Below the pieces are notes generated by a model. That model ran no database searches. It saw only the letters and a program-made list of their open reading frames with translations, and was not told where the DNA came from. Below are positions 53,853-64,000 of a stretch of DNA of 64,000 nucleotides, piece after piece. The stretch's first letter is position 1; each line of letters opens with the position of its first letter. Origin of the DNA: an uncultured Verrucomicrobiae bacterium (GTDB taxonomy: Bacteria; Verrucomicrobiota; Verrucomicrobiia; Limisphaerales; JAFGQR01); assembly GCA_963788655.1 (NCBI GenBank), contig CAWBHS010000038.1:182728-246727 (forward strand). The letters run 5' to 3'. A program made the position numbers and the translations under genes.

Positions 53853-56060
53853 ATGAAAGCCACGATGAAACTTTTTCAATCGCCGTCAGGACTTGGTGGA
53901 AGCGCTAGATTTATGGATTATCGAGATGTGCCAATTGCACGAACGCCGACGCAGTCCCTTTCTTTTCACTATGAATCTTGTAGCAGCCGACGTGAGGAGG
54001 CTCATGCCTATTGTGCTGGAAATCAGAACCAAAAATCACCTGGGCTCCAAAGCGCCCTCACGATCGCAACTCGGTTCGGCGTGAAAACCGCCGGATTGCT
54101 GCTGGCAATTTTGTTCGCATTGGTCCCCGGTGCCCTGGCCCAACGAACTCCGGATATCGGTTATGTATTTCCCGCCGGCGGCCGGCAAGGCGCCACCGTC
54201 CAGGTGAAGCTGGCTGGGCAGTACCTGGACGGAGTCAGCGGTGCCGACATTTCCGGAACCGGCGTGCAAGCCACGGTGGTTGATTACGTCAAGCCGCTGA
54301 ACGGGAAACAAATCAATTTGCTGCGCGACCGGCTGAAGGCATTGCAGCAGGGATTGAGGTCGGCCAGGCGAACCGAAACCAAGATTGACGTCCGCAGCGA
54401 AATCAACACCAACGTCGTCGAACACCTTGACCGGGCCGCCGTGCAACAGGAAATCACCGACATCAGGGACAAGCTCGCCAATCCCAAGAACCGCAAGCGC
54501 GACAACCCGCAACTTTCGGAAGATGTCACCCTGCGCGTCACGGTGGCGGCGGATGCCGAACTGGGCAAACGGGAACTGCGTCTGAAAACCGCCTTGGGTT
54601 TGTCCAACCCGCTGGCTTTTTATGTGGGCCAATTGTCCGAATTCGCTGAGCAAGAGCCCAATGACAAGACTGCCGATGCCGGGATGCTGTCGGGACTGCC
54701 GTTGGTGATCAACGGCCAGATTATGCCCGGCGACGTGGATCGTTTCCGGCTGAAGCTGAGCAAGGGCCTGCGATTGGTTGTGGTCGCCAGCGCGCGCGAA
54801 TTGAGGCCTTATTTGGCCGACGCTGTTCCCGGATGGTTCCAAGCCACGCTGGCGCTGTACGATGCCAAGGGCGATGAACTGGCTTACGACGACGATTATC
54901 GTTTTCATCCCGATCCGGTGCTGTTTTACCAAATCCCCCAGGACGGCGAATACGTAATGGAGATCAAGGACGCCATCTACCGCGGGCGCGAGGATTTCGT
55001 CTATCGCATCACCGTGGGGGAGCTGCCTTTTGTGACGAGCATCTTTCCCTTGGGCGGCCAGCCGGGCACGCCAACTACAGTGGCGCTTAAAGGGTGGAAC
55101 CTGCCCGTCACTGAGTTGACTTTGGATGCCGAACCAAACGAGGCGGGCATACTCCCTGTGTCGGTGCGCAAGGATGGCTTGGTGTCCAATCATCTTCCTT
55201 TCGCCGTCGATCCGTTGCCGGAAGCCCTCGAACAGGAACCGAACAATCAGGAGGGCGGCGCCCAACCGATTCCCGTGCCCGCAGTGGTGAATGGGCGCAT
55301 TGATTCGCCGGGGGACACGGATGTGTTTCGCTTTGCGGGCCGCGCGGGCGATGAGCTGGTGGCGGAAGTCTATGCCCGCCGGCTTGATTCCCCACTTGAC
55401 TCCGTGCTCAAGCTGACCGACGCCAACGGCCAACAACTGGCGTTCAATGATGATCACGAAGATAAGGGCTCGGGCTTGAACACACACCATGCCGATTCAT
55501 ATTTCATGGTCCGCCTGCCGGTCAACGGAACCTACTACCTGCACCTGAGCGACGCGCAACATCACGGTGGCGCGGCTTATGGCTATCGTCTGCGGGTCAG
55601 CCCACCGCACCCGGATTTTGAGTTGCGCGTGGTGCCGCCCAGCCTCAATGCCCGCGCGGGTGGGGCGGTGCCGGTAACCATCTATGCGCTGCGCCGGGAC
55701 GGCTTTAGCAACGACATCCGAGTGTTCCTGCAGGATGCCCCCACCGGATTCACGCTGGCCGCTGGCCGAGTAGCGGCGGATAAAGATCAGGTCAAACTCT
55801 CGTTGCGCGTACCGACGGTGCCTTCAAAGCAAGCCGTTGCCTTGAACTTTGAAGGCCGCGCCTGGCTTCAGGGGCGGCAAATTGTCCACGCGGCCGTGCC
55901 GGCGGAAGACATGATGCAAGCCTTCGCTTATCGCCATCTGGTCCCCGTCCAGGCAATGAAAGTGTCCGTCATCAACCGGGGAAGAGCCGGCGCCGGGATG
56001 CGAAACCTGGCGCAGCGAGGCAAGAAAAAGGCGGCGCCGAAGAAGTCCAAAACGAACTGA
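53853..56060 (+). CDS. PPC-domain (pre-peptidase) repeat protein typical of DUF1501 operons
   Basis: YVFPAGGRQG, EQEPND/EQEPNN repeats, GDVDRF, ARRLDSPLDS; alternative start GTG 54081. Confidence 0.8.
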   Translation: MKATMKLFQSPSGLGGSARFMDYRDVPIARTPTQSLSFHYESCSSRREEAHAYCAGNQNQKSPGLQSALTIATRFGVKTAGLLLAILFALVPGALAQRTPDIGYVFPAGGRQGATVQVKLAGQYLDGVSGADISGTGVQATVVDYVKPLNGKQINLLRDRLKALQQGLRSARRTETKIDVRSEINTNVVEHLDRAAVQQEITDIRDKLANPKNRKRDNPQLSEDVTLRVTVAADAELGKRELRLKTALGLSNPLAFYVGQLSEFAEQEPNDKTADAGMLSGLPLVINGQIMPGDVDRFRLKLSKGLRLVVVASARELRPYLADAVPGWFQATLALYDAKGDELAYDDDYRFHPDPVLFYQIPQDGEYVMEIKDAIYRGREDFVYRITVGELPFVTSIFPLGGQPGTPTTVALKGWNLPVTELTLDAEPNEAGILPVSVRKDGLVSNHLPFAVDPLPEALEQEPNNQEGGAQPIPVPAVVNGRIDSPGDTDVFRFAGRAGDELVAEVYARRLDSPLDSVLKLTDANGQQLAFNDDHEDKGSGLNTHHADSYFMVRLPVNGTYYLHLSDAQHHGGAAYGYRLRVSPPHPDFELRVVPPSLNARAGGAVPVTIYALRRDGFSNDIRVFLQDAPTGFTLAAGRVAADKDQVKLSLRVPTVPSKQAVALNFEGRAWLQGRQIVHAAVPAEDMMQAFAYRHLVPVQAMKVSVINRGRAGAGMRNLAQRGKKKAAPKKSKTN

Positions 56061-56338
56061 TAAGACCGAAATCCCGGCGCTTTCGAGTGACTCGGGACGA
56101 GGATACGCTGGCAAACGCTGCCCCGGACATTGCACGTTCGGCCCTGAGCGAAAGCGGGAGCAAGCTCCGCGCACTCCAAACGCTGGCGCGAGGATTGGCC
56201 AAGCCAGCAGGAGACTTACCCCCGCTTCCGTTTCGACCGTCGGCTTTGGGTCCTTTGGCTGCTCGCCTAGCTTCGGTTCCAGACCGAAAAAGATTTTTCC
56301 GTGGCCGCCATTCTGTTAGTCCTGACGCACTGGTTATC

Positions 56339-56737
56339 ATGTTCAACTGGTTTTGGATCTTTATTGGCGGTGGACTGGGCAGCCTGGGGCGATTCTGGGT
56401 ATCGGGCGCCGTGGCGCGGCAGTTGGGGGAAACGTTCCCGTGGGGCACGCTCGCGGCGAATGTCACCGGGTCGTTTGCCATCGGCTTCTTTGCGACGCTC
56501 ACCGCCCCGGAAGGCCGATGGTTGGTGCCGGCTTCGTTTCGGCAATTCTTCATACTCGGCCTCTGCGGCGGTTACACCACGTTTTCTTCGTTCAGCCAGC
56601 AAACCCTGGCCCTGGCCGAAGACGGCCAATGGTTGAAAGCCGGCGGCAATGTGTTGTTGTCCGTGACGGCTTGTCTGGTGGCGGTATGGCTGGGCCATCT
56701 GCTGGCCATGAGCTTGAACTCAACGAAAGGCACTTGA
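56339..56737 (+). CDS. crcB: Fluoride channel Fluc
   Basis: GGGLGSLGR, FPWGTLAANVTGSF, GLCGGYTTFSSF. Confidence 0.95.
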   Translation: MFNWFWIFIGGGLGSLGRFWVSGAVARQLGETFPWGTLAANVTGSFAIGFFATLTAPEGRWLVPASFRQFFILGLCGGYTTFSSFSQQTLALAEDGQWLKAGGNVLLSVTACLVAVWLGHLLAMSLNSTKGT

Positions 56738-56738
56738 T

Positions 56739-57128
56739 ATGCAAATTCCCCACGAAGCCGTCCTCCTCCGCATCTTCATCGGTGAAAGCGACCGCTACGA
56801 CCACAAACCGCTCTACGAAGCCATCGTGCTGAAAGCGCGCGAACTGCACCTCGCCGGAGCGACCGTGCTCCGCGGCCCCATGGGCTTCGGCAAATCCAGC
56901 CGGTTGCACACCGCCAAAATCCTGCGCCTGTCGATGGACCTGCCGCTGGTGATCGAGATTGTGGACAGCAAGGAAAAAATCCAAGCGTTTCTGCCGGTGC
57001 TCGACTCGATGATGGGCGGCGGGTTGCTGACCATGGAAACGGTGAAAGTGATGGATTATCGCGCGGGAACGCCGGAACCGCCCGCGGAGGGTGAGGAAGA
57101 GGGAACGAGTGGGAGCGGGAGTTGTTGA
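56739..57128 (+). CDS. DUF190 PII-like protein
   Basis: LLRIFIGESD, AGATVLRG.MGFG, LS.DLP.VIEIVD. Confidence 0.92.
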   Translation: MQIPHEAVLLRIFIGESDRYDHKPLYEAIVLKARELHLAGATVLRGPMGFGKSSRLHTAKILRLSMDLPLVIEIVDSKEKIQAFLPVLDSMMGGGLLTMETVKVMDYRAGTPEPPAEGEEEGTSGSGSC

Positions 57129-57181
57129 AGGATTGAAGCGTGAAGCGTGGAAGAGGGAAACCGGTGAGGGTTTGAAGTGTT

Positions 57182-58396
57182 ATGAACGAAGGGGGGCAAC
57201 GGTCGTCCCAGGCTAAAGGAGGTTGGCTCAACCGCACGGTGCTGGGCATCGGGTTGGCTTCATTGTTCAGCGATTGGGCCCATGAAATCGCCACCGCGGT
57301 CCTGCCGGCGTTTCTGGCCACGATTGGCGCTTCGGCGGCCTGGTTGGGATTGATTGAAGGAGTGTCGGACGGCCTGTCGAGCTTCGCCAAAATGGCGTCC
57401 GGCTATTATACCGACCGCCTGCAACGGCGCCGGCCCGTGGCCGTGGTTGGTTACATCATTACCGCTCTGGGCACCGCGGCGTTTGGCCTGGCGACTGCGG
57501 CCTGGCACGTCTTGGTGGCGCGCTCGCTGGCGTGGCTGGGACGCGGGGTCCGCAGCCCGATCCGCAAAGCGCTGCTCGCAGCGGCCGTGACCCGCGAGAC
57601 GTACGGGCGCGCGTTCGGATTTGAGCGGATGATGGATACGTTGGGCGCCATCGTGGGCCCGGCGTGCGCCGTGTTCCTGTTGGCCGCCTTGAACCACTCG
57701 TATTCCAGTCTCTTCGCGTTGACACTCATTCCCGGACTACTGGCGGCGGCCTGTATCGGTTTCCTGGTCAAAGAGAAGGACCGCAAACCAATCGGGCACA
57801 TTTCCTTTGGCCAGAGCCTGCGCAACCTGCCCTCAATTTATCGGCGGTTTCTGGTGGCGGTGGGGCTGTTCGGCCTGGGCGACTTTTCCCACACGATGCT
57901 GATTCTGTTGGCGACCCAGAAACTTGCTCCGGCATGGGGCGCCAATACGGCGGCCAGCCTGGCGATTGGGCTGTATGTCTTGCACAATGTGTTCTACGCG
58001 GGCTTCGCGTTTTTGGCGGGCTGGTTGGCTGATCGGTTCGCCAAGCCCCAGTTGCTCGCGGGAGGATATTTTCTGGCTGCGGTTATGGCAGGCTTGGTCA
58101 TCGGCCTGCCGGCCGGTATCTGGACCTTGGGCGTGGTCTTTGTTCTGGGCGGCATGTTTGTGGGCGTCGAGGAAACCCTGGAAGATTCGCTGTGCGCCGA
58201 ACTGGTGCCCCCGGAGCAACACGGCATGGCCTTTGGCACGCTCGCCACGGTGAACGGCATCGGGGATTCGCTTTCGAGCGTGATGGTCGGGTGGCTCTGG
58301 GCCGTCGGCGGAACCAGCGCGGCGTTTGCCTACTGCGGCGTCTTGTTTTTGGTCGGCAGCGTTTTGATGTGGCGGATGCCGTCGCGCCACGAATGA
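57182..58396 (+). CDS. MFS transporter
   Basis: About 12 TM segments; GRGVRSP.R.AL, GRAFGFER.MD. Confidence 0.9.
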   Translation: MNEGGQRSSQAKGGWLNRTVLGIGLASLFSDWAHEIATAVLPAFLATIGASAAWLGLIEGVSDGLSSFAKMASGYYTDRLQRRRPVAVVGYIITALGTAAFGLATAAWHVLVARSLAWLGRGVRSPIRKALLAAAVTRETYGRAFGFERMMDTLGAIVGPACAVFLLAALNHSYSSLFALTLIPGLLAAACIGFLVKEKDRKPIGHISFGQSLRNLPSIYRRFLVAVGLFGLGDFSHTMLILLATQKLAPAWGANTAASLAIGLYVLHNVFYAGFAFLAGWLADRFAKPQLLAGGYFLAAVMAGLVIGLPAGIWTLGVVFVLGGMFVGVEETLEDSLCAELVPPEQHGMAFGTLATVNGIGDSLSSVMVGWLWAVGGTSAAFAYCGVLFLVGSVLMWRMPSRHE

Positions 58397-58497
58397 AGGC
58401 CTCAATCATCGCCGGAGTCGCCGTGGTCACTGAGCCGGCTGGGTGGTGCCGAGGTCACCGGGAACGTCGATTACCAAGCCGTGTCTATGCAATGACT

Positions 58498-58649
58498 GTG
58501 GCTGCGTTCGTGAGAACACGGCTGACTTTAAAGAAAAACACTTCGCCAACCGCATCGCCCTAACGGCCATCGGAAAATGACTGGATTGCCTTCGCCTGAA
58601 TCAGGCGTTTCACCGTGCCAGTCAGCCGCGTTCTCACCAACGCAGAGAC
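58498..58649 (+). mobile_element. MITE-like element, copy 2
   Basis: Same termini and internal motifs (GCTGACTTTAAAG, GACTGGATTGCCTTCGC, ATCAGGCGTT) as 42196-42345. Confidence 0.65.
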
Positions 58650-58713
58650 AAATCGAACTTCATCGACGGCTGGCTCCCGTGGCTGACCTCATCGTCATTC
58701 TAGAAATCCACCT

Positions 58714-58965
58714 ATGACAAAGTTGCTTCTAATCGCATTTGTCCTCCTCGTCGTTTTTATGGCCTACTCCGCTTATGTGGCGGACCAGTGGCTCGGAGTC
58801 GTTGCATTCACCTACCGATACCTGCTGTTCTGTGTGATTGCCTCGCTAGTGCTGGGCGCGGCGTGGTTTGCAGGTTTCAGGAAACACGCCCTGCCAGTCG
58901 GCCTGGGGATCTTCTGCCTGCTTGCAGCAAATATCTTTATGCCGCCTCCGATGCGGAGACGCTGA
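58714..58965 (+). CDS. Small membrane hypothetical protein
   Basis: Three hydrophobic segments, ATG start. Confidence 0.5.
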   Translation: MTKLLLIAFVLLVVFMAYSAYVADQWLGVVAFTYRYLLFCVIASLVLGAAWFAGFRKHALPVGLGIFCLLAANIFMPPPMRRR

Positions 58966-59122
58966 TTTCCATCATTGCCACAAAGCCCTGACCAAAATGA
59001 AAGCAATCGGCAGCAACCAACAAACAGGGCGAGTGCTGTCATTCATCATTCTGGGTTTCGCCAGGCGTAAAGGCATCCGGGATGCTGTTGCCCCTTAATG
59101 CCTCCCATGTATTCGTGCCGTC

Positions 59123-59563
59123 GTGCCAAGCGATTGGTGGTCCGGTTGTGCTGGATCAGACGGCACTGTTTTGCAAGTGGTCGCTCGGGCAGACCGGCGG
59201 CTGGAAAATGGTTCCGTGGCCGAAGAGGGGGCCTTGAAGACAGTGGGCCAGCAAATGGAATGGAACCTTCGCCCGGAGATGAGCCAGCAGGCCGGGCATG
59301 TGATCCGCAAGCGACAAGAGAATCTGTCCAAGTTCATTCCAGGAACAAAGCTGGACCAGCGCCGGAAACCGGCCAATGCCAAACACTGCCAGACCAAAGG
59401 TAAGTTGCGGATCCGGAAATACGAGGCGCGGGTAGTGTGTTTAGGAGAAAAGGGAGGGCATGATTTTAGAGCCATCGCCAAAAGGATCGGGATTGGACCT
59501 GATCGCGTTCGAACCCTTTACGCGCGTTCGCTAAGGCGCCGGGGCCTGCCTGGTCCTGCGTAG
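59123..59563 (+). CDS. Hypothetical protein or fragment with C-terminal sigma-70 region 4-like HTH
   Basis: HDFRAIAKRIGIGPDRVRTLYARSL. Confidence 0.4.
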   Translation: MPSDWWSGCAGSDGTVLQVVARADRRLENGSVAEEGALKTVGQQMEWNLRPEMSQQAGHVIRKRQENLSKFIPGTKLDQRRKPANAKHCQTKGKLRIRKYEARVVCLGEKGGHDFRAIAKRIGIGPDRVRTLYARSLRRRGLPGPA

Positions 59564-59671
59564 GGCGCTGAGCGAACAGCGAGTCAACAGTCAAATTAAA
59601 AGAACACTAATATGCGAAAGAATTGGTATAAAGAAATGGCGCTCCCGGGCAAGGAAGTGCTGGCGTGTTTT

Positions 59672-59767
59672 CCACCGGAGCAATTGGCCGCAAGTATCCT
59701 GAAAAAGGAACAGCGCATCGCGGAGATTATGGGCAACATCCAAAAGCTTTTGGCAAAGCAGGCATGA
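59672..59767 (+). pseudogene. C-terminal fragment of type I R-M methyltransferase (HsdM)
   Basis: PPEQLAASILKKEQRIAEIMGNIQKLL; stop overlaps the next ATG (ATGA). Confidence 0.65.
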
Positions 59768-60940
59768 GCAACGTGTTTTCCAGATGCCCCATCGGGGCAA
59801 CCGAGAATAGCCCAGCGTTTCAACGCTGGGTAAACGCGAGTGGAGATTTTCCAAGTCCCGCAGGGACGGCAGTCGTTTTCAAAACTTCCGGGGCAATGGC
59901 GCGGGGATTCTTTTGTCCCTACGGGACTCGATTCCCTTTGGCCCGGAAACCCACCGTTGAAACGGTGGGCTATTGTCGGGCGTCCCTCCGGGACGATGGA
60001 GGCGCACGATGAATCCGTGGCCAATGGTGAAGCTGGGCGAGTGCTGACGCCGACAGGGCGCGGCGAAAGTGTTGACGCTTCGAAGGAATATCGCCTGCTG
60101 GGAATTCAGCTCGACGGGCAAGGGCGGTTTTGCGTTGCCGAAAATGATTTCATTTACAGCCGGTTATTTGCCTGTCGCGGAGCATTCGGCGTCATCAGCA
60201 AAGACTTGGACGGCTGTTTCGCCTCTGGCGAATTCCCGGCATTCATTCCCGTAACGGGCAAGATTGATGTCGAATTTCTGAAATACTGGTTTCGGCTGCC
60301 GAGCGTCATTGCCACCGTGGACGCGGATTGCTCCGGTAGCACGCCGCTGACGCGGAATCGGTTCAAAGAGCATTTCTTTCTCGCGCTGGAAATTCCGTTG
60401 CCGCCGTTGGTAGAGCAGCGGCGGGTGGTGGCGCGGATTGAGGCGCTGGCCACTCAAATCCACGAAGCCCGCACTCTCCGCCACCAAGCCGCCGAAGAAA
60501 CCGAGGCACTTTTTGAGGCTTTTCTGGGTGCTCAATTTGATTCATCCGAATGGCCTCTTAGGTTATTGCCGGATGTCGCAGAAGTTGCGCGAGGGAAATT
60601 CGCGCACCGGCCACGCAATGAGCCACGTTTCTATGGCGGCGAATTTCCATTCATTCAAATCGGGGACATTTCAAATTCCGGTCGCTACATCCGCAATCAT
60701 TCTCAAACGCTCAATAAAGATGGATTGGCAATCAGTCGGATGTTTCCCGCTGGCACGGTTGCGATAGCAATTACCGGCGCAACAATTGGTGTCACCGGTA
60801 TTCTTGGTTTTGATTCATATTTTCCGGATAGCATCGTCGGCGTTCAGGCAATGCCAGAATCAGCCACGCCGGAATTCATTTACCTTGCGGTGGAACATGC
60901 CAAGAAAATCGCGCTCGCAGAAGCGACGCAAACAACTTTG
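59764..60940 (+). pseudogene. hsdS: Type I R-M specificity subunit, interrupted and truncated
   Basis: WPMVKLG, IPLPPLVEQRRVVARIE, HRPRNEP, PFIQIGDI, ITGATIG; palindromic insertion after the start; 3' end lost. Confidence 0.8.
59786..59996. repeat. Composite palindromic element inserted at the 5' end of hsdS
   Basis: AATAGCCCAGCGTTTCAACGCTGGG / CCCACCGTTGAAACGGTGGGCTATT, with GTCCC..GGGAC units. Confidence 0.75.
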
Positions 60941-60969
60941 CCGGTTTCTGAAACTGCTTGCCCGGGAAC

Positions 60970-63366
60970 TTACGGCGAGCGATCCAGCAACCGTTGGCGC
61001 ACAGTGTCCGGCAAGGATGACTGTTGCACCCATTGCCGGGCGGCAGCCGGATCGCTGTCCAGCCAGCGCCGGGCCGCCGATTCAAGTTGGCGATTGCGGG
61101 TCTTTTCGTCACTCACGCTTTGCAGCCAGCTTATGGCAGTTTCCGGATAGTTGTAGGCAATGGAATCGGCAAACGCCACCACGGCCGATTCTCGACCGGT
61201 GCCGGCGGGAAGTTGGTCGAGCCAGTCGGCCGCGGAACTCGGATCATAACTGCCCCACCGCTCGGCGACGGTTCGCAAGGCCTTATCCTGTGTCTCGCCT
61301 TGCGGAAAGGACGAAGCCCATTGGGCGGCCGCCTGAGGGTCAGCGGATGCCCACTTTGTAACCACCCGTTGGACGGCAGATTTCTGGGTCTTCCCGGGTG
61401 GCAGGGCGGATACGAATTCCGCCGCCTTGTCCGGCGCTACTTCCGCCCAACCGGCACTGAGGCTGGCATAGACCTGATCGCGCATGGTTGCGTCAGGCAA
61501 GGAGTTGGCCCAGCGCACCGCGGCGGCGGGATCATTGGCCGCCCACTGGTTGGCCACGGTGTTGAGAAAATTGTTGCGGGTGTTGCCTGCGGGAAGATCG
61601 GCGGCAAACGCGGCCGCACTCCGGGGATCGTTCTGGGCCCATTGATGGCTGATGCTGTTTAACGCGTTTTGTTTGCCGCGGCCGTCCGGCAATTCTTTAA
61701 TCCAGTCCACGGCGCTACTGAAATCGTTGTTCGCCCATTGCGAAGCCACGGAACCGATCAACTCATCGCGCGATTGCCCGGCGGGCATGGATAAAGCAAA
61801 GTCCGCTGCCGCTGCCGGATCTTGATTGGCATATTGCCAGACAATCCCCCGGGCGGCCTCGCGCTGCGCCGGGCCGGCGGGCAGGGTTTGGTACCATTCC
61901 AGCGCGGCCGTTACGTCGCTGGCGGCCAATTGGCCGGCGACGGTGTTGTAAACGTAGGTCTTCGCTTCGGAGGGCGGAATCGTTTGCAGCATGGTGGCGA
62001 CGGTCTGCGGATCGGAATAGGCCAGGGACGACAGAATGTTTTGCGTGGCGGTCACTTTCGCCTGGCCCGGCGGCAACGCTTGGACATAACCCATGGCGGC
62101 CTGCGGATCGGAGCGGGCCCAGGTGGAAACAATATTGCGCAGGGCATCCAAGCGGCCCTTGTTGGCCGGAAGCGTTTGGACCCAGGCCAGCGCGGCGTTG
62201 ACATCCTGGCTTGCCCATTGGCTGGCCGCCGTCGCCAGGAGGACGTCGCGGGCTTTGCCCGCCGGCTGCTTCATCGCATACTGGACGACGGCCTGCGGAT
62301 CGTCCTGCGCCCATTGGTAGCTGACGCGTTGCAGAATTTGCTCCCGCGTCGCCCGATCGGGAAACTGCTGAATCCAGGCCAGCGCGGCGTTCAGATCCTG
62401 ATTCGCCCACGTGCCGACAATGGAGGTCAACAACTGGCGTTGGGTCGAACCTTTGGGCAAGGCCGTGGCCAGCGCAATGGCGGCCTGGGGATTGGATTGC
62501 CCGAGCATGCTGCCGACACGGGAGATGGCGTGTTGCTTGACCTGGCCTTCGGGAAGCGTCTTGATCCAGCCCCACGCCGCTTCAGGATCGGTTTCCGCCC
62601 ACTGCCCGGCGACGGTTTCCAGTACCTCGTTACGCCGGATTCCCGCGGGAAGCAGCAACGCGCGGGCGGCGGCCGTCGCTGGATCAGTGGCAGCCCAGGC
62701 ACGAAACAAGTTGCGGTAAAGCGACAGTTGTTCGACGGAGTTGCCCGTCTTTTGCACGAAATCGAGCGCGACCTGCGGGTTGCTTTCCGCCATTTGGGTA
62801 ACGACTATGTTCAACGCATCCATGCGGAGCTTCCGACCGGCAGTCGTTGAACCCAGGCATTCGCCCCGGCAAGATCTACTTGCGCCCACCCCTTGAGGAC
62901 CGCTTGAATTTGCTGATTGCGATCCGCCCCGGCGGGCAACGCCTCAACCTGCTTGAGCGCGGCAACGGGATCCATCGTGGCCCACCGGGTCAGCAATTGG
63001 CCACGGAAACTGTAACGCAAACTGCCATTGGGAATCAGACGCTCCAACGCCAGCACCTGCGGGATGGACCGGAAGTCCAATTGGTCGGCCAGGCGCATCA
63101 AGGCTTGATACCGGGCCTGATAGTCCGGTTCCCGCAGCGCGGCGCGAATGACCGCCTCCGGATGGTAGGGCAATGCTGGCGGTGGCCGGCACAACCGTTT
63201 TGCGGAGCGACCGTTGCGCGATAGCGGGAGGCGCGGACGAAGCGCTGGCAGAATTATCGGCGGCGGCCCGGCCATTGCCGTGGGGCAGGATCATTCGATC
63301 TGCCAAAATGCCGCTCAAGATTCCGGCCGCCAAAACGGCCGCCAAAGCCAATCGATTTGCGTTCAT
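60970..63366 (-). CDS. Membrane-anchored alpha-helical repeat protein (W...DPxAAxxW); two frameshifts
   Basis: Three overlapping ORFs; N-terminal TM; many repeats of about 32 aa, WAxxDPxAAxxW..LPxG. Confidence 0.8.
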
Positions 63367-63498
63367 TGGAAGAATGCCGGCCCGCCTGGCAGCGACCTGG
63401 TTTGGCTCACTGCTGCGAGCGCATCATGAAACATGCGGGCATTCACTCCGAAGAGCAAGCCCGCGTAAAGGTGCGTGGAAATGGCGGCGACGCTCAGT

Positions 63499-63966
63499 CA
63501 GCATGCTGCCGGCGTCCCACCGACAGAAACGACCGCGCCAGAAACATTCGTACCTTGGCCGATGCCCGAAGTGCCTGGTGCGCTCAAGGCTGCTTGGCGG
63601 TTCGCAGCGTCTTCTTCCGTTCGCTCTGCCGGCAAGATGCCGGCAGCACGCTGACGCAACGTGCTGTCGGCGTCCCGCCGGCAGAAACAAACACACCAGA
63701 AACGTCGAACCTGGCCCACGCCCGAAGTGCCTAGTGCGCTCGAGGCTGCTTGGCAACTCGCAGCGTCTTCTTCCTTCGCTCTGCCGGCAAGATGCCGGCA
63801 GCACGTTGACGCAGCGTGCTGCCGGCGTCCCGCCGGCAGAAACGAACACGCCAGAAACATTCGAACCGTTGCCGGCGCCCGAAGTGCCTGGTGCGCTCGA
63901 GGCTGCTTGGCAATTCGCAGCGTCTTCTTCCGTTCGCTCTGCCGGCAGGATGCCGGCAGCACGTTG
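63499..63966. repeat. Three tandem 155-158 bp BIME-like units
   Basis: Units start at 63499, 63657 and 63812, each bounded by CAGCGTGCTGCCGGCGTCCCGCCGGCAG / CTGCCGGCAAGATGCCGGCAGCACGTTG. Confidence 0.9.
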
Positions 63967-64000
63967 ATGCTCGGCTGAAGCTGTGCTCCGTCGAAAGGGA

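Noticed and set aside
56060..56338. Fluoride riboswitch upstream of crcB
   Set aside because: No GGxGATGG...TGA.G.CT-type consensus found; only a REP half is visible.
63499..63966. CRISPR array
   Set aside because: Inter-repeat sequences are homologous rather than unique, units are about 156 bp, and there are no cas genes.

Overview
GC-rich bacterial window. Gene content (PEP-CTERM, H-X9-DG prepilin-like protein, DUF1501, GxxExxY, hopanoid hpn genes, DPxAAxxW repeat protein) suggests Verrucomicrobiota/PVC; this is an inference. Core genes include aroB, prfC, pyrF, ssrA (tmRNA, tag ANNELALAA), apgM, hpnD/K/G, a sigma-54 two-component pair and crcB. They are interspersed with carbohydrate-active enzymes (GH5, GH20-like, heparinase II/III-like, beta-helix, GH36-like) and decayed accessory DNA at about 2-12.5 kb, 29.7-30.5 kb and 59-61 kb. 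Three signals stand out. (1) A two-gene module in which a secreted alkaline phosphatase carrying dockerin-like and cohesin domains sits next to a PEP-CTERM-anchored cohesin, a candidate cellulosome-like surface display system for phosphate scavenging. (2) A cluster of five non-canonical tRNA-like genes (Thr, Leu, Lys, Gln, Val) at 7.4-8.2 kb. (3) A 37-aa Lys/Ala microprotein below the ORF-track cutoff. Many genes carry isolated indel frameshifts that may be assembly errors. No database searches were run; all family calls rest on motifs recognised by eye.
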